A DNA stretch of 38,693 bases, taken from IMG/VR virus record IMGVR_UViG_3300032244_000449, positions 1 to 38,693 of that record; one strand, written 5' to 3'. Position 1 is the first letter of the stretch. Each line of letters starts with the position of its first letter. The translations under genes and the position numbers were made by a program. A model generated the notes under the pieces. That model saw nothing but the letters and a program-made list of their open reading frames with translations. It did not search any database and was not told the origin of the DNA. Shown in pieces: positions 17,301 to 25,977 of the stretch. Source of the DNA: a virus. Its lineage: Duplodnaviria; Caudoviricetes.

Positions 17301-17972
17301 AGCGGAGTTTGGATATCGCAGCTTTGCGTCGATGACCTGGGTGTAACTCTGAAAAAATGTTTTGTTGTTCAACTGGCTGGATGTTGAGTCAGCCGTGATT
17401 CTGCGAACCCGAATATCTCGCGTTGTTCCAATCGGCAAAGGAATTCTGAATTGCCGTTCGTATGATTGAGATGATTTCCCGGTGATCGTTTGGTTGATCT
17501 TGGTGATCCATCCTCCACCATCGACTTGTAGGTCGATTGCGAACTGAACACTGGTTCCTCCGAGATTACCTTCGGAAGACAGATACGTCAGTGCTGGAAA
17601 CTGAATCGTTACAACCACACTGGTGACGTTGGTATTTGTGACGGTGCGAACTACAGGGCCAGTCGCGACGGTGGCTTCGACACCAACAACCGTTTCATTG
17701 GCTACCTGATCGAATCCGGCAATGGTGCTTTGGGTTTGTGTGCCGGTAGTGGTCGAGAACTGGACTCCAGTGAAGTTAGCTGAACCATCTGGATTTTGTA
17801 TCGGAACGTCATCCAGATAGATCGATTTCAACCCATCAACAAGCCCGCCAATCTCGCCTTCACAGATGAGATCGAGAACCTGGGCATACGCGGTGCTTTT
17901 GAGCGTGTCAGCCTGCTCAGTCAGGCCACCGCCAGAACCTCCAGATTTGCCGCCGCCCGATCCAGAAATCAT
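14331..17972 (-). CDS. Tail tip / host specificity protein (lambda gpJ-like)
   Basis: DLICEGEIGGL, YPNSALV, SNPAW..YDLLT..RYG, EPRFSCN, FACSSRGQAHR.GKW, RPGDII.VAD; FN3-like repeats. Confidence 0.95.
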   Translation of the reverse strand: MISGSGGGKSGGSGGGLTEQADTLKSTAYAQVLDLICEGEIGGLVDGLKSIYLDDVPIQNPDGSANFTGVQFSTTTGTQTQSTIAGFDQVANETVVGVEATVATGPVVRTVTNTNVTSVVVTIQFPALTYLSSEGNLGGTSVQFAIDLQVDGGGWITKINQTITGKSSQSYERQFRIPLPIGTTRDIRVRRITADSTSSQLNNKTFFQSYTQVIDAKLRYPNSALVAMRVDASQFRAIPRRGYDVKLLKIRIPSNASVRADGSLTYFGNWNGQFQIAWSSNPAWCFYDLLTTERYGCGNYIEQSQIDKWALYQIGQYCDELIDDGFGGVEPRFSCNVWINTRQEAYKVLQDFASVFRGMTFWGTGVVTAVQDAPKDAVFLFTNANVIGGEFAYQGSSAKARHTIALVTWNDPDDMYRQKIEYVEDTVGIARYGIIESQVVAFACSSRGQAHRVGKWMLYTERYETEICSFKTGLESAFCRPGDIIKVADQYRAGNRLGGRIVSATSLTVTVDSLASGAISSGGDFFVVGPDGRVQQKSISSVSGNTVTLTSAFNPIPTNQSVWVASSPALEAQTFRVLSMVENESGEHEIVAVSHRPDKYDAIEQDIVLEPRTYSSLSPIPDLVASISMSESLYRYQNDVRAKVTCSWPAAANASRYRVEWRLNDNNFTVDETGSLDYEILNTTVGKYEVRITPIGVFGTASSAYTAATINTLGKTAPPANVAGFNANVDPWVGIVLSWQSVPDLDIDQYEIRQGASWAAGTVVTRVLANTYKVGAIFGASQTYWIKAIDTSGNFSLTEASTTTTISSPSAVTLSSQVIDNNVLLRWSTPTSTLAIDYFEIRKGSTWAGATVVGRISSGTFATIFETASATYTYWIAGVDIGGNVGAQSSTSATVAQPPDYQLFLNQASTFNGVITNGIVSEGSLWLAVDTTETITTHFTSRAWSTPQDQITAGSTYFIQPTQNTGSYEEVIDYGTTLASAKVTLNAVYSQGFGSSTVTPNLAVANATNSVVITVATPAVFTKSAHGLTNGQTITLKTTGTLPVGLVQNKTYYVINAAANTFNVSLTSGGAAIATSGSQAPAHSYIGPYTEYAGVAQAFATNFRWTKYRYDVNAAASDDIVEFDAITVNIDVKQKSDFGSVAAVSTDAGGTTVTFNASFVSVTSIQLTPNSTTAAYAIYDFTSVPNPTTFKVLLFNSSGTRISGTVGWQARGY

Positions 17973-18589
17973 CTGAAGCCGCCCATAAAGAAATCAATCG
18001 GGTAAACCGGATCAGGTGTGCCGTCGATGGATACGGCTGCACTGATAACCGCACTTCCAACGATCATCCGACCGTAGCCCACAGGAACCGACGCTCCCTG
18101 CACGGTTGTGTTCACCGGCCCATCAAAATACCTATTCTCGTCTTTTTCGCCAGAATCCTGTTTCTTCGGAGTCGGAGCAAGCATTTGTGCCACTCCGCTC
18201 AGGACTAGACCGACGCCAACCCAGAAAACAGTTGCCGCTCCAAAAATTTGCGTCCCGCCTGCCGAAATTGCTGGAATCAATTGTGGCTGCGTGATGGCAA
18301 GTGCAATCAGCGCGGCACCGACGATGATTCTGCCGATTTTGCCAGCACCAGAAAGAACCGGAACAATGGAAAACTCTTTGGACATGGGGTAGTGCAATTG
18401 CTGCTCGTCGATAATCTCGCCATCGACCAGGCACTGATACCCGATTACAGAGTCCTGCATAATGTGTTCGCGGAAACCCCGACAGTTCGCAGACAACGCG
18501 CGGATTGCCTCTGCCGGATCGCGCACATCGAGGAGATGCTCTGAACCGAAAATCTTTCCGAGGTTACCGTGAAGCCGGACGGTTTTCAT
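17969..18589 (-). CDS. Tail assembly protein (lambda gpI-like)
   Basis: VRLHGNLG..FG, AEAIRAL, FDGPVNTT.QG..VPVGYG..IVGS. Confidence 0.93.
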   Translation of the reverse strand: MKTVRLHGNLGKIFGSEHLLDVRDPAEAIRALSANCRGFREHIMQDSVIGYQCLVDGEIIDEQQLHYPMSKEFSIVPVLSGAGKIGRIIVGAALIALAITQPQLIPAISAGGTQIFGAATVFWVGVGLVLSGVAQMLAPTPKKQDSGEKDENRYFDGPVNTTVQGASVPVGYGRMIVGSAVISAAVSIDGTPDPVYPIDFFMGGFR

Positions 18590-19289
18590 AACGCACCACT
18601 CTCACAGTGTGTTTCTTCAGCCAGCCGCCATAGACATCTCTGCTCGACAGTCTGTTTTCGGCATGATGAAGGATTCTGCCATTCTCAATCATCACTCCAA
18701 CATGGTTTGGAAAAGGCGAATCACCTGTCTGGAAAAGCAGCACATCTCCAACCTCAATTTTCGCATCTTCTGGGATGTCGCGAAACCCAAAGGCCTCGAC
18801 GTTGTCATTGAGGATATCGACGCCATCTAGCCAGTAATCCGGCCAGCGATTCGGGGCTGGCAGGGATATGGCCCAAGTGTCCGAATACCAATCCTGCACC
18901 AGAGTCCAACAGTCCAATGAATTCCAGGCATGAACACGCCCGCACAGTGGCGCTCTGAAGCCGCAGGGAGTCAGGGATGACCATGCCTCAGTTGGCAGCG
19001 ACACGATGAGCCAGCGCAGCCCTGTCGCCTCACACGCAGCCCTATCGGCATCCGATGGGGTTGGCGGGATGTTGATGTGCGAGTGGAACACCTCGATGAT
19101 CTCGCCTGCCAGTTCTGCTTGAGCGTAGTCGCGCGGGCACATGATGAACTGATCATGCGCGCGGTTAGAGATGTTGCGGCAAGGCCAGAAGCGTTCCTTC
19201 CCTTTGGCGACAATGACCAGGCCACAGGCTTCGCGAGGGAATTGGGTCTTCGCGTATTCCAAGGCCGCCGCTTGCGTCTGTTCGTTCAC
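18564..19289 (-). CDS. Tail assembly protein (lambda gpK-like; JAB + NlpC/P60)
   Basis: PREACGL, HSH..PSDAD, DCW, NHVG..ILHH. Confidence 0.95.
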   Translation of the reverse strand: MNEQTQAAALEYAKTQFPREACGLVIVAKGKERFWPCRNISNRAHDQFIMCPRDYAQAELAGEIIEVFHSHINIPPTPSDADRAACEATGLRWLIVSLPTEAWSSLTPCGFRAPLCGRVHAWNSLDCWTLVQDWYSDTWAISLPAPNRWPDYWLDGVDILNDNVEAFGFRDIPEDAKIEVGDVLLFQTGDSPFPNHVGVMIENGRILHHAENRLSSRDVYGGWLKKHTVRVVRYENRPASR

Positions 19290-20800
19290 AGTTTGAGCAG
19301 TCCGCTGGCCGGGAATCCACCGAACGGAAGTTCACCGAACCCAAATCGAGCGCGGCACGATGCCAAGCGTTTTCCACAGACATCCGATGCGATCAGCGTT
19401 ACCGGCTCGTCATTTGTATCGAAGAACTGCGTTATGGTCAGCGTCCCGCTTCCGGTAACGGTCGCAGCAACGGTCACGGTGAAAGTGGACGCTGTCGGAG
19501 CCGTGACTACCATGTACTGCCCGTCGCCCGTGCCCCCAGACAGGTTAAGATAGACGGCGTCACCTACTGCAAGCTTATGGTTGGTGACCGTCGCTGTCAG
19601 AGTGGTTCCGGTGATTGAGTAAGTGCCTGAGCCAGAAGCGTCTCCGGTCCAACCGCATTCAGTTCCACGGTACTGCCACGGGCAGTAGTTTTGGATTACC
19701 TGGCGTCGAGGAAGACCTACTCCGGTCAAATCGAGCGCGGCACTCAATTCAAATTCGACTGCGATCCGCGTCTCTTGCGATTTCCGATCTACAAAATAGA
19801 CATCCCTTGCAAATTCAGCGGTAGGGTCTGCCGTTGGATTGCGCGAGAACGATGCCCCTGTGACAGCCTGGTATTTGGACGGGGGAGTTGTTGTCTCTGC
19901 CTGCGCCCCCCAGATGTAGACTCCTGACCCAACCACTCCCGCATATGATTGTGTCGAGCCACTCAACAATTGAATTCTGGCCTGGGGAGTACTCGCGCCA
20001 AGTCCGAGATCGACTGAAATCCAGCAACGCCACCAATCGTTTCCGGCGGCAGATATGCCGTAGTTCAGTAATCCCGTGCCAATCGTGCCAGTGCCCGTTC
20101 CAGCTACCAGATCAAAGTTTACGCCATAGCCGACAGCATCCTTTCCGACAATTGCGAGGCGAACATTGCGCTCCACACGTTTCACATAGACGCTGAACGT
20201 GATGTCAGAACCGGCGGCAAGCGTTGATCCAAAATCCTGCCTGAGCAATCTGAAGGTTGTCGTTGTGTCGCTTTCAATCAATTTCTCGACATTGGATGTG
20301 CCGATTGGAGATAGAACACCAGTGACGTTCGCACTTGTTCCAACGGAAACCGAGTTTTGAATCCAGATTGATGACACATCAAACGATTCGGTGTAGGCAA
20401 GCAAATTGCGCTGCGGCGGGAAATTCACGGCATCCAGAAACTTCTGGAGTGTCCTGATCCTAGTGAATTTGCATCCGATCAAATCCTGATAGGTCAGTAC
20501 CAGTGCGCTGATGGTTCCGAGCGCGTTTCCGACGTTGACTTTAGGTCTAGGCAACTGGCCTTTTCCATTCCACTCAAATCCCGATACTTCAATGGGAAAT
20601 GCCGAGTAGGTTTGTCCTGCCCAGACTACATCCGATGTCAGACCGTTTTTGCCAGAGTGAAACCGATAGATGTCGCCGCCAATGTTGCTGGCATCGATTT
20701 CGTACAACTCGATGATTGATGAAGGCGACAGTTTCTGGATTTCTCCAGCGACGATGTCGTTTCCAAATTCATCAAGCAGTGCCGCTAGGATTATCAGCAT
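19286..20800 (-). CDS. Minor tail protein (lambda gpL-like) with two inserted domains
   Basis: IELYEID, PIEVSGFE, PRP, RIRT..KFLDAVNF, LPRRQ, CPWQYRGTEC...CGKRLASC, LPFGGFP; 504 aa, about twice lambda L. Confidence 0.92.
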   Translation of the reverse strand: MLIILAALLDEFGNDIVAGEIQKLSPSSIIELYEIDASNIGGDIYRFHSGKNGLTSDVVWAGQTYSAFPIEVSGFEWNGKGQLPRPKVNVGNALGTISALVLTYQDLIGCKFTRIRTLQKFLDAVNFPPQRNLLAYTESFDVSSIWIQNSVSVGTSANVTGVLSPIGTSNVEKLIESDTTTTFRLLRQDFGSTLAAGSDITFSVYVKRVERNVRLAIVGKDAVGYGVNFDLVAGTGTGTIGTGLLNYGISAAGNDWWRCWISVDLGLGASTPQARIQLLSGSTQSYAGVVGSGVYIWGAQAETTTPPSKYQAVTGASFSRNPTADPTAEFARDVYFVDRKSQETRIAVEFELSAALDLTGVGLPRRQVIQNYCPWQYRGTECGWTGDASGSGTYSITGTTLTATVTNHKLAVGDAVYLNLSGGTGDGQYMVVTAPTASTFTVTVAATVTGSGTLTITQFFDTNDEPVTLIASDVCGKRLASCRARFGFGELPFGGFPASGLLKL

Positions 20801-20809
20801 GACGATGCA

Positions 20810-21679
20810 TCAGGCGTAGAACAACTGGCCGATCACATCGTTCGCCGCGACTGCCGTCGCATCAGCGTCTCCCGCTGCGCCAGTTACCGCCAATGCAATT
20901 CCTGTGGCGTAGTGAACGCCGATTGGTGTAGACCAGGTGATGGAATCGTTTGGTGGAATAGCAATCGTGTCTGTGATTGCCGTAGTGCCAACGGTTGGCG
21001 CGGTTGCCACGTTGTACAGTTTGACAAATTTGTATGCTGCGGTTGTGTTGGAGAACTGCCAGCCGTATACGCGACCGGCAGCGGCTTTCACCGAGGTTGC
21101 GTTTGTGCTGGCAGCAGAAACCAAGCGAAAACGCGATGCTGCGTTTGTGGCAATCGTGCGAACGGCATTGCTGAAATCGCCAGCCAGAGCAGAAGATGCG
21201 ATCAATGCTGGAAGAGAACTGATGCCTGCAAAAGGTGTGATGTCAAAAGCATATGGGGTCGGGGAAATAATCCAGTTGGCAGTGCCACTGGTGTATGCGG
21301 AACATCGAACTCTGAATTGAGAAAATCCGGCGATATTTGCTCGCCACGCTCGCGAGGTGCTGGTCAGAGCGCCAGACGTTGTCTCGCCAGTGGCAGAATC
21401 AAATCGGACACCAGTGATGGCAAACCAGTTGGTGCCATCTTCACTGACCTCAAAAACAAACGTGGCGGCATAGGTTCCGTAGACCGCAAACACGATTGAG
21501 GCTGCGTCATCCAGGCCCGTAACCGTCAATGATGTTGCGCTGGCAAGAGTTCCGGTCGTTTGCGTAAACGGATTCCCGTGGACAACAGTCTGAACATCAA
21601 CAGATGAACCGCTTTTGGTTCTGGTGTAGGTGTCGAGCAAGACACTTTGAAGGGTAGTTGGCAGTGTGATGTTGCTCAT
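20810..21679 (-). CDS. Accessory virion protein (beta-sandwich rich) inserted between M and L
   Basis: A/T/S-rich; FEVSEDGTNW and STNATSVKAAAGRVYG..KLYN segments; ATGA overlap with M. Confidence 0.7.
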   Translation of the reverse strand: MSNITLPTTLQSVLLDTYTRTKSGSSVDVQTVVHGNPFTQTTGTLASATSLTVTGLDDAASIVFAVYGTYAATFVFEVSEDGTNWFAITGVRFDSATGETTSGALTSTSRAWRANIAGFSQFRVRCSAYTSGTANWIISPTPYAFDITPFAGISSLPALIASSALAGDFSNAVRTIATNAASRFRLVSAASTNATSVKAAAGRVYGWQFSNTTAAYKFVKLYNVATAPTVGTTAITDTIAIPPNDSITWSTPIGVHYATGIALAVTGAAGDADATAVAANDVIGQLFYA

Positions 21680-22011
21680 GGCTCAAACACCTCTTCAAAC
21701 TTGCAAGTGATCGTATTGAGATTGTACCTGTTTTTTGTCCGCGTCCACGCGCGGCAAACATACTTCCCGGCAATCGCGTTTACATCAACCCAATCGAACG
21801 CCAGTACTCCAGCCTGGTTTTCGAGAAACGTGATGATCGCAACCGTCTCCGCATCGTTGCGAAGCGTGAAGCGCAAATCCCAAATCTTTGGAAGCGTATT
21901 CAGCCCCATTCCGAGGCGTTGCTCGTAACCGTCTCCAAATTTCGCCAGCCGCACTACCGGCGTGACTTCAACTGATGCGTCCCAATCTGGCGTGAATGTG
22001 AAGGTTGCCAT
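21676..22011 (-). CDS. Distal tail protein (lambda gpM-like)
   Basis: FGDGYEQR..GLN, FLE...G..AFDW, FEEVFEP. Confidence 0.95.
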   Translation of the reverse strand: MATFTFTPDWDASVEVTPVVRLAKFGDGYEQRLGMGLNTLPKIWDLRFTLRNDAETVAIITFLENQAGVLAFDWVDVNAIAGKYVCRAWTRTKNRYNLNTITCKFEEVFEP

Positions 22012-22013
22012 CG

Positions 22014-25000
22014 CTATGCCGCCAGCATCCCGCCAGGCCGCTTCTGAGCCAGCAGTTCCTGGCGAACAACATTGGCAATGGCCTTGCCAAGATTCTTCGC
22101 GTCCGCGCCGCCATCCGATTGCATTGTCTGGCCCCCGCTTTCCACGCTTACGTGCACGGTTACGTACTGTGTGCCGCCACCAGCAGATTCCACGCCTAGC
22201 CTGCCGTTCGACAAGCGTCTCAGGGGCATGATTGCCTCTGGGCCTGCCTCACCCATCACCCCGAGTCCTCCGGAGTGTCTGAACATCGTAGGCGCGGTGA
22301 CAACGCCTCCGGTGGCATAAGCCGTCAGTGCAGACCCTCCAGAGAATGCTGCGCCGTTTTCCGCAGGCATCCATCCCATGCCTTTGAACCATGCCATCAG
22401 CGGAGCCATGATTGCCTGCTGGATGGCGATACGCGCCAAGTCTTCGATGATGGATCGAGCCAGATCGCTGAAGGACAGTTTCCCAGTCATCACGAAATTA
22501 ACCAAAGCATCCTCTGCTCCCTGGAAGGCATTCACCAACATATTCTGCATTGCGCCAGCGACATTCTTGATCTGGTCGTAATACTCAGCGAGGCCAGCCT
22601 TCGCGCCGACCATCCAATCGCCCTGCATCTGTTCAAGCTTTTTTGTGGCTGCATCAAAATCCCGCAATGCGGTATCGCGCGCCATGTTGAGGTCATCAAT
22701 GAATTTCTTCAGTTCCGCACCTTGCAGTCCGCTATCAACTGCTTGAGCGCGAGAATCTTCAATGTTTTTGTTCAATGACTGGGCAAAGTTGGCCCTCTCA
22801 ACCTGAGAACGCGATCCACCAGCAATCGCAATTGTTCTCTGCCGAACATCCTCGACTTTGTTTCTTGCCGATTGCATGAAGTTGTCGAGGATTGACGATG
22901 CTTTTGCTGCTGCCGTCAGACCTTTCAACTTTCCTGTCAGAACATCGATTTCCTTTCCGCGCGCGATCAATGCGCGTTTTTGCTCATCTGTCGCGTTTCG
23001 GAACTCACCTTCGGTTGTGTCAAACCTGGCCTGTGCCTCGCGCGATGAATCGATGGAATCTCCGTACTGCTGAAAGTACTGAATCTTGAACTTGAGTACA
23101 GAAATGTCTTTGTCCATGCCAGACATGGAATCCGCAAGCTTTTTGCTTTCGCGAAGACTTTCAATTGCTGCGGTGTATTTGTCAGTCAATGCCGCGGCTT
23201 CAATCAGGTCGCGTTTTTCTTTTTCGGATGCCAGCGCGTATTTACCCTGCGTAGTTTCGTACTGCATCAGGGCTAGCTGAGACTTGCCTACGGACTCACC
23301 CATCGCACTCCAATTGTCGATCTGGTCTTTCAGTTGGGCATTGGATGCGCTCATAGACTGCAACTGCGAGGCTACGGATTGCGCCAGGTTCTTGGCGTCT
23401 GTCTTTGCTTGGTTGTCTTTCTTCTGCGCCTCTTGAGCATCATAAAGTGCGGCAGCACCGTCTCTGATTCTCTGCGTAAACTCTGTTTGCGAAACAATCA
23501 GTTGTCCGTTTGCAGCAAACGAAACCAGTTTTGCTTCGTTCAATTTTTCAGTAACGAATCTTTCCTTTTCAGTCATTGCTGCCAATGCGGTTTGCAACTG
23601 AATGCCCCGCATTGCTGTTTGAGCCTCTCCATCGCCGCCACCCTTGATAGCTCCACCAGTGCTGTCATCAAACAACATACCCAATGCTCTGGCGCGCTTC
23701 AGTTGTGCCTCAGTCAACTTATCTGTAGCCATTGCAACGCCAAGCTGCGATTTTTCCAATTCCGCTTGCGTGCCAATCAACCTTTCAAACAACGCATCTG
23801 TATCACCAATGTACGCTTTGAGCGTTGGATACTTTGCGGTCAGTGTTTCAATGGCTTGCTTGTACCCAAGAATGTCTGGTTTCCCGCTTGCAACAGATTG
23901 CTGAAATCTATCTTGCGCTGCGGCTAGTCCAGTTTGTGCTTCCGCGCCAACGGACCCCATTAAACCAGCACGTTGGGCACCAACAGGAGCAAATGCGCCC
24001 TGTGCTTGCGCTCTGGCCTCTGCCGCAGCCAATTCGTTTGTTTTTAGTGCGGCAACGGCTAGCAAACGATTATGTTCAACCAATGCTTTGTCTTGAGAAA
24101 TGATTTTGCCGGTCGTAAGGTCGATTACATTCGACATACTCTGCTGTGATTTTGAAAGGGCTGATGACGCTTGTTCTGATTTGCTAGCCCCACTTGCAAA
24201 ATATCCAAACGCTATGGCGGCAGCAGTGATTGCCCATCCTACAGGCCCAGCAGACAGACCCAGCAATCGTGTTGCGCTATTCAGGGCGAGAGTTGCGTTA
24301 ACTGCCAGTGTCGTTTTCAAACCGTAAAGGTTTATGGAGAACTGCAACGCCCAGATTGCTGTGTTGAGAAACACCGCTGCCGCAGTTACTGCGCGAAAAA
24401 TTAAAAGCGCAGACAACGCTTGAGCTAGAAGAACGACAGAACGTCTCAAAAACTCAGCGTTTGCTGTTAGAACAGAAAGGGCAGCAGTAGCGGTGTCCAA
24501 TGCTGCCTTGATCGTCTCAACTGCCAGAATCGAAGTCTTGAAATCAAACCAGGCGTTCTTCAGTTCACCAAGCGATTTGGCTGCACTGTCGAGCTTGTTA
24601 GGGTCAATGCCATCACCGATCTTGCGGAGTGCCTCAAAGAACATCTCTGCCGAAACTTTGCCTTCCTTCATCTGCTCCATGAGAGTCGCAGAAGACATAT
24701 TCAGCGCAATCGCTACCTGTTCGCGAACACCGGCCAGGTTTTCAGCCAACTGACCCGAAAGTTCTTCGGTCATCAGTTTGCCTTTTGAGGCGACCTGAGC
24801 CATTGCGTAATAGACGCGATTCGCTCCGTCTGCCGACAGTTTGTTTGCCAGGATCAGCCGCGATGCGGCCTCAAAATTCTTGTTGGCATCAGCAGCACTG
24901 TTGCCGCTCAGTTTCAGAGCGGAAGTGAAGCGAACTGCCGACCCAAGGGCTTCATCCTGGGCAATGCCGAGATTGCGAAGCGTCTTACGCAGTTGCTCAA

Positions 25001-25283
25001 GTTCAAGAGTCGATGCAGCACCAAAGCCCATCGACAACTGCTTTTGGTAGGCATCAATCTGAATGGTGACGCGGGCGAATTCCGCGATGACATTGCTGAT
25101 GGAAAACGCAGCGGCACCGCTTGCCAAGGCACCCATCGCCTTGCCAAGACCCGACATCTGTTTGTTCACAGTGTCGGCGTTCTTTCCGATGGTGTTCAGC
25201 TTGCTGCTGAATCGATCAAACGAATCAGTGCCGGTGACACTGCCGCTGATGATCGCTCGCACATTGAAGATATCAAGAGCCAC
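22014..25283 (-). CDS. Tape measure protein
   Basis: Ala-rich helical; QVASKGKLMTEEL..QLAE, FVMTGKLSF, GEAGPEAIMPL, QKRPGGML; GTG 25283 after GGAG. Confidence 0.95.
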   Translation of the reverse strand: MALDIFNVRAIISGSVTGTDSFDRFSSKLNTIGKNADTVNKQMSGLGKAMGALASGAAAFSISNVIAEFARVTIQIDAYQKQLSMGFGAASTLELEQLRKTLRNLGIAQDEALGSAVRFTSALKLSGNSAADANKNFEAASRLILANKLSADGANRVYYAMAQVASKGKLMTEELSGQLAENLAGVREQVAIALNMSSATLMEQMKEGKVSAEMFFEALRKIGDGIDPNKLDSAAKSLGELKNAWFDFKTSILAVETIKAALDTATAALSVLTANAEFLRRSVVLLAQALSALLIFRAVTAAAVFLNTAIWALQFSINLYGLKTTLAVNATLALNSATRLLGLSAGPVGWAITAAAIAFGYFASGASKSEQASSALSKSQQSMSNVIDLTTGKIISQDKALVEHNRLLAVAALKTNELAAAEARAQAQGAFAPVGAQRAGLMGSVGAEAQTGLAAAQDRFQQSVASGKPDILGYKQAIETLTAKYPTLKAYIGDTDALFERLIGTQAELEKSQLGVAMATDKLTEAQLKRARALGMLFDDSTGGAIKGGGDGEAQTAMRGIQLQTALAAMTEKERFVTEKLNEAKLVSFAANGQLIVSQTEFTQRIRDGAAALYDAQEAQKKDNQAKTDAKNLAQSVASQLQSMSASNAQLKDQIDNWSAMGESVGKSQLALMQYETTQGKYALASEKEKRDLIEAAALTDKYTAAIESLRESKKLADSMSGMDKDISVLKFKIQYFQQYGDSIDSSREAQARFDTTEGEFRNATDEQKRALIARGKEIDVLTGKLKGLTAAAKASSILDNFMQSARNKVEDVRQRTIAIAGGSRSQVERANFAQSLNKNIEDSRAQAVDSGLQGAELKKFIDDLNMARDTALRDFDAATKKLEQMQGDWMVGAKAGLAEYYDQIKNVAGAMQNMLVNAFQGAEDALVNFVMTGKLSFSDLARSIIEDLARIAIQQAIMAPLMAWFKGMGWMPAENGAAFSGGSALTAYATGGVVTAPTMFRHSGGLGVMGEAGPEAIMPLRRLSNGRLGVESAGGGTQYVTVHVSVESGGQTMQSDGGADAKNLGKAIANVVRQELLAQKRPGGMLAA

Positions 25284-25626
25284 GGTCTTCTCCAATTGCG
25301 GCGAGTGCCGATCTTTCCATGATGATGATGCAGTCCATCATCTCGCGCTGATCTGGCACATCATACAACTCAAACATCATTTTGCAGGCAACGTAGTCCA
25401 ACCCTACAAGCCCGCCAAAACTTGTTCTCCATTGCGTCTGCAAGCGCAACCACATTTCGATTGTGGGCCAATTTTCATCCCACACCTCGAAATCAACGCC
25501 TGCCTGGGCCTGACGCATCTCAAGGATCACATCCTCCGGAGCGTTCAGATTCTTGAGGTCTTGGATCGCTTCCTCAAGCGTATCGCTGCCCTTGACCCAG
25601 TAGCGGGCAGCGTCAGTTAGTTTTTT
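25273..25626 (-). CDS. Tail assembly chaperone C-terminal part (gpT / DUF1799-like), expressed by -1 frameshift
   Basis: The -1 frame is open from the slippery site: LTDAARYW...VWDENW..TQWR..GLDY..MERSAL. Confidence 0.85.
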   Translation of the reverse strand, partial: KKLTDAARYWVKGSDTLEEAIQDLKNLNAPEDVILEMRQAQAGVDFEVWDENWPTIEMWLRLQTQWRTSFGGLVGLDYVACKMMFELYDVPDQREMMDCIIIMERSALAAIGEDRGS

Positions 25627-25958
25627 CGCTTGGCTCCCGCCAGCGACTCCATCCAGGCTTTGATCACGGCAGACGCGACCAGTGGCATATCGAGCAGATC
25701 GGCCTTGGATTTCTCTGAGAATGGCACCTCATCACCCTGGTCAGTGATGCCCTTCCAGCCGACCATAACTTCCGATGCTACATCCACATCGCGAATTTGA
25801 CTCGCGACTGCATCAGCCATGATGGTTTCAATCCGACTCTGGTTCAGTCTGCGGAATTCGGCATCGAAGGTCTGTTTTTCAAACCTCCCGCCGTCCGCAG
25901 GCATTTCCACAGTCACCGGCCAAAAATAACTCGTCGTCTGCTTCAGAACAAAAGCCAT
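25617..25958 (-). CDS. Tail assembly chaperone (gpG-like)
   Basis: Between tube and tape measure; WPVTV, FDAEFRRL, VGWKGI, ends AKRKN. Confidence 0.9.
   Translation of the reverse strand: MAFVLKQTTSYFWPVTVEMPADGGRFEKQTFDAEFRRLNQSRIETIMADAVASQIRDVDVASEVMVGWKGITDQGDEVPFSEKSKADLLDMPLVASAVIKAWMESLAGAKRKN
25620..25626 (-). promoter_or_regulatory. Programmed -1 ribosomal frameshift site A AAA AAC
   Basis: CGA AAA AAC TAA at the end of G, XXXYYYZ form, -1 frame continuous with the downstream ORF. Confidence 0.85.
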
Positions 25959-25977
25959 GTTTCCTCCTGAGAAACAA

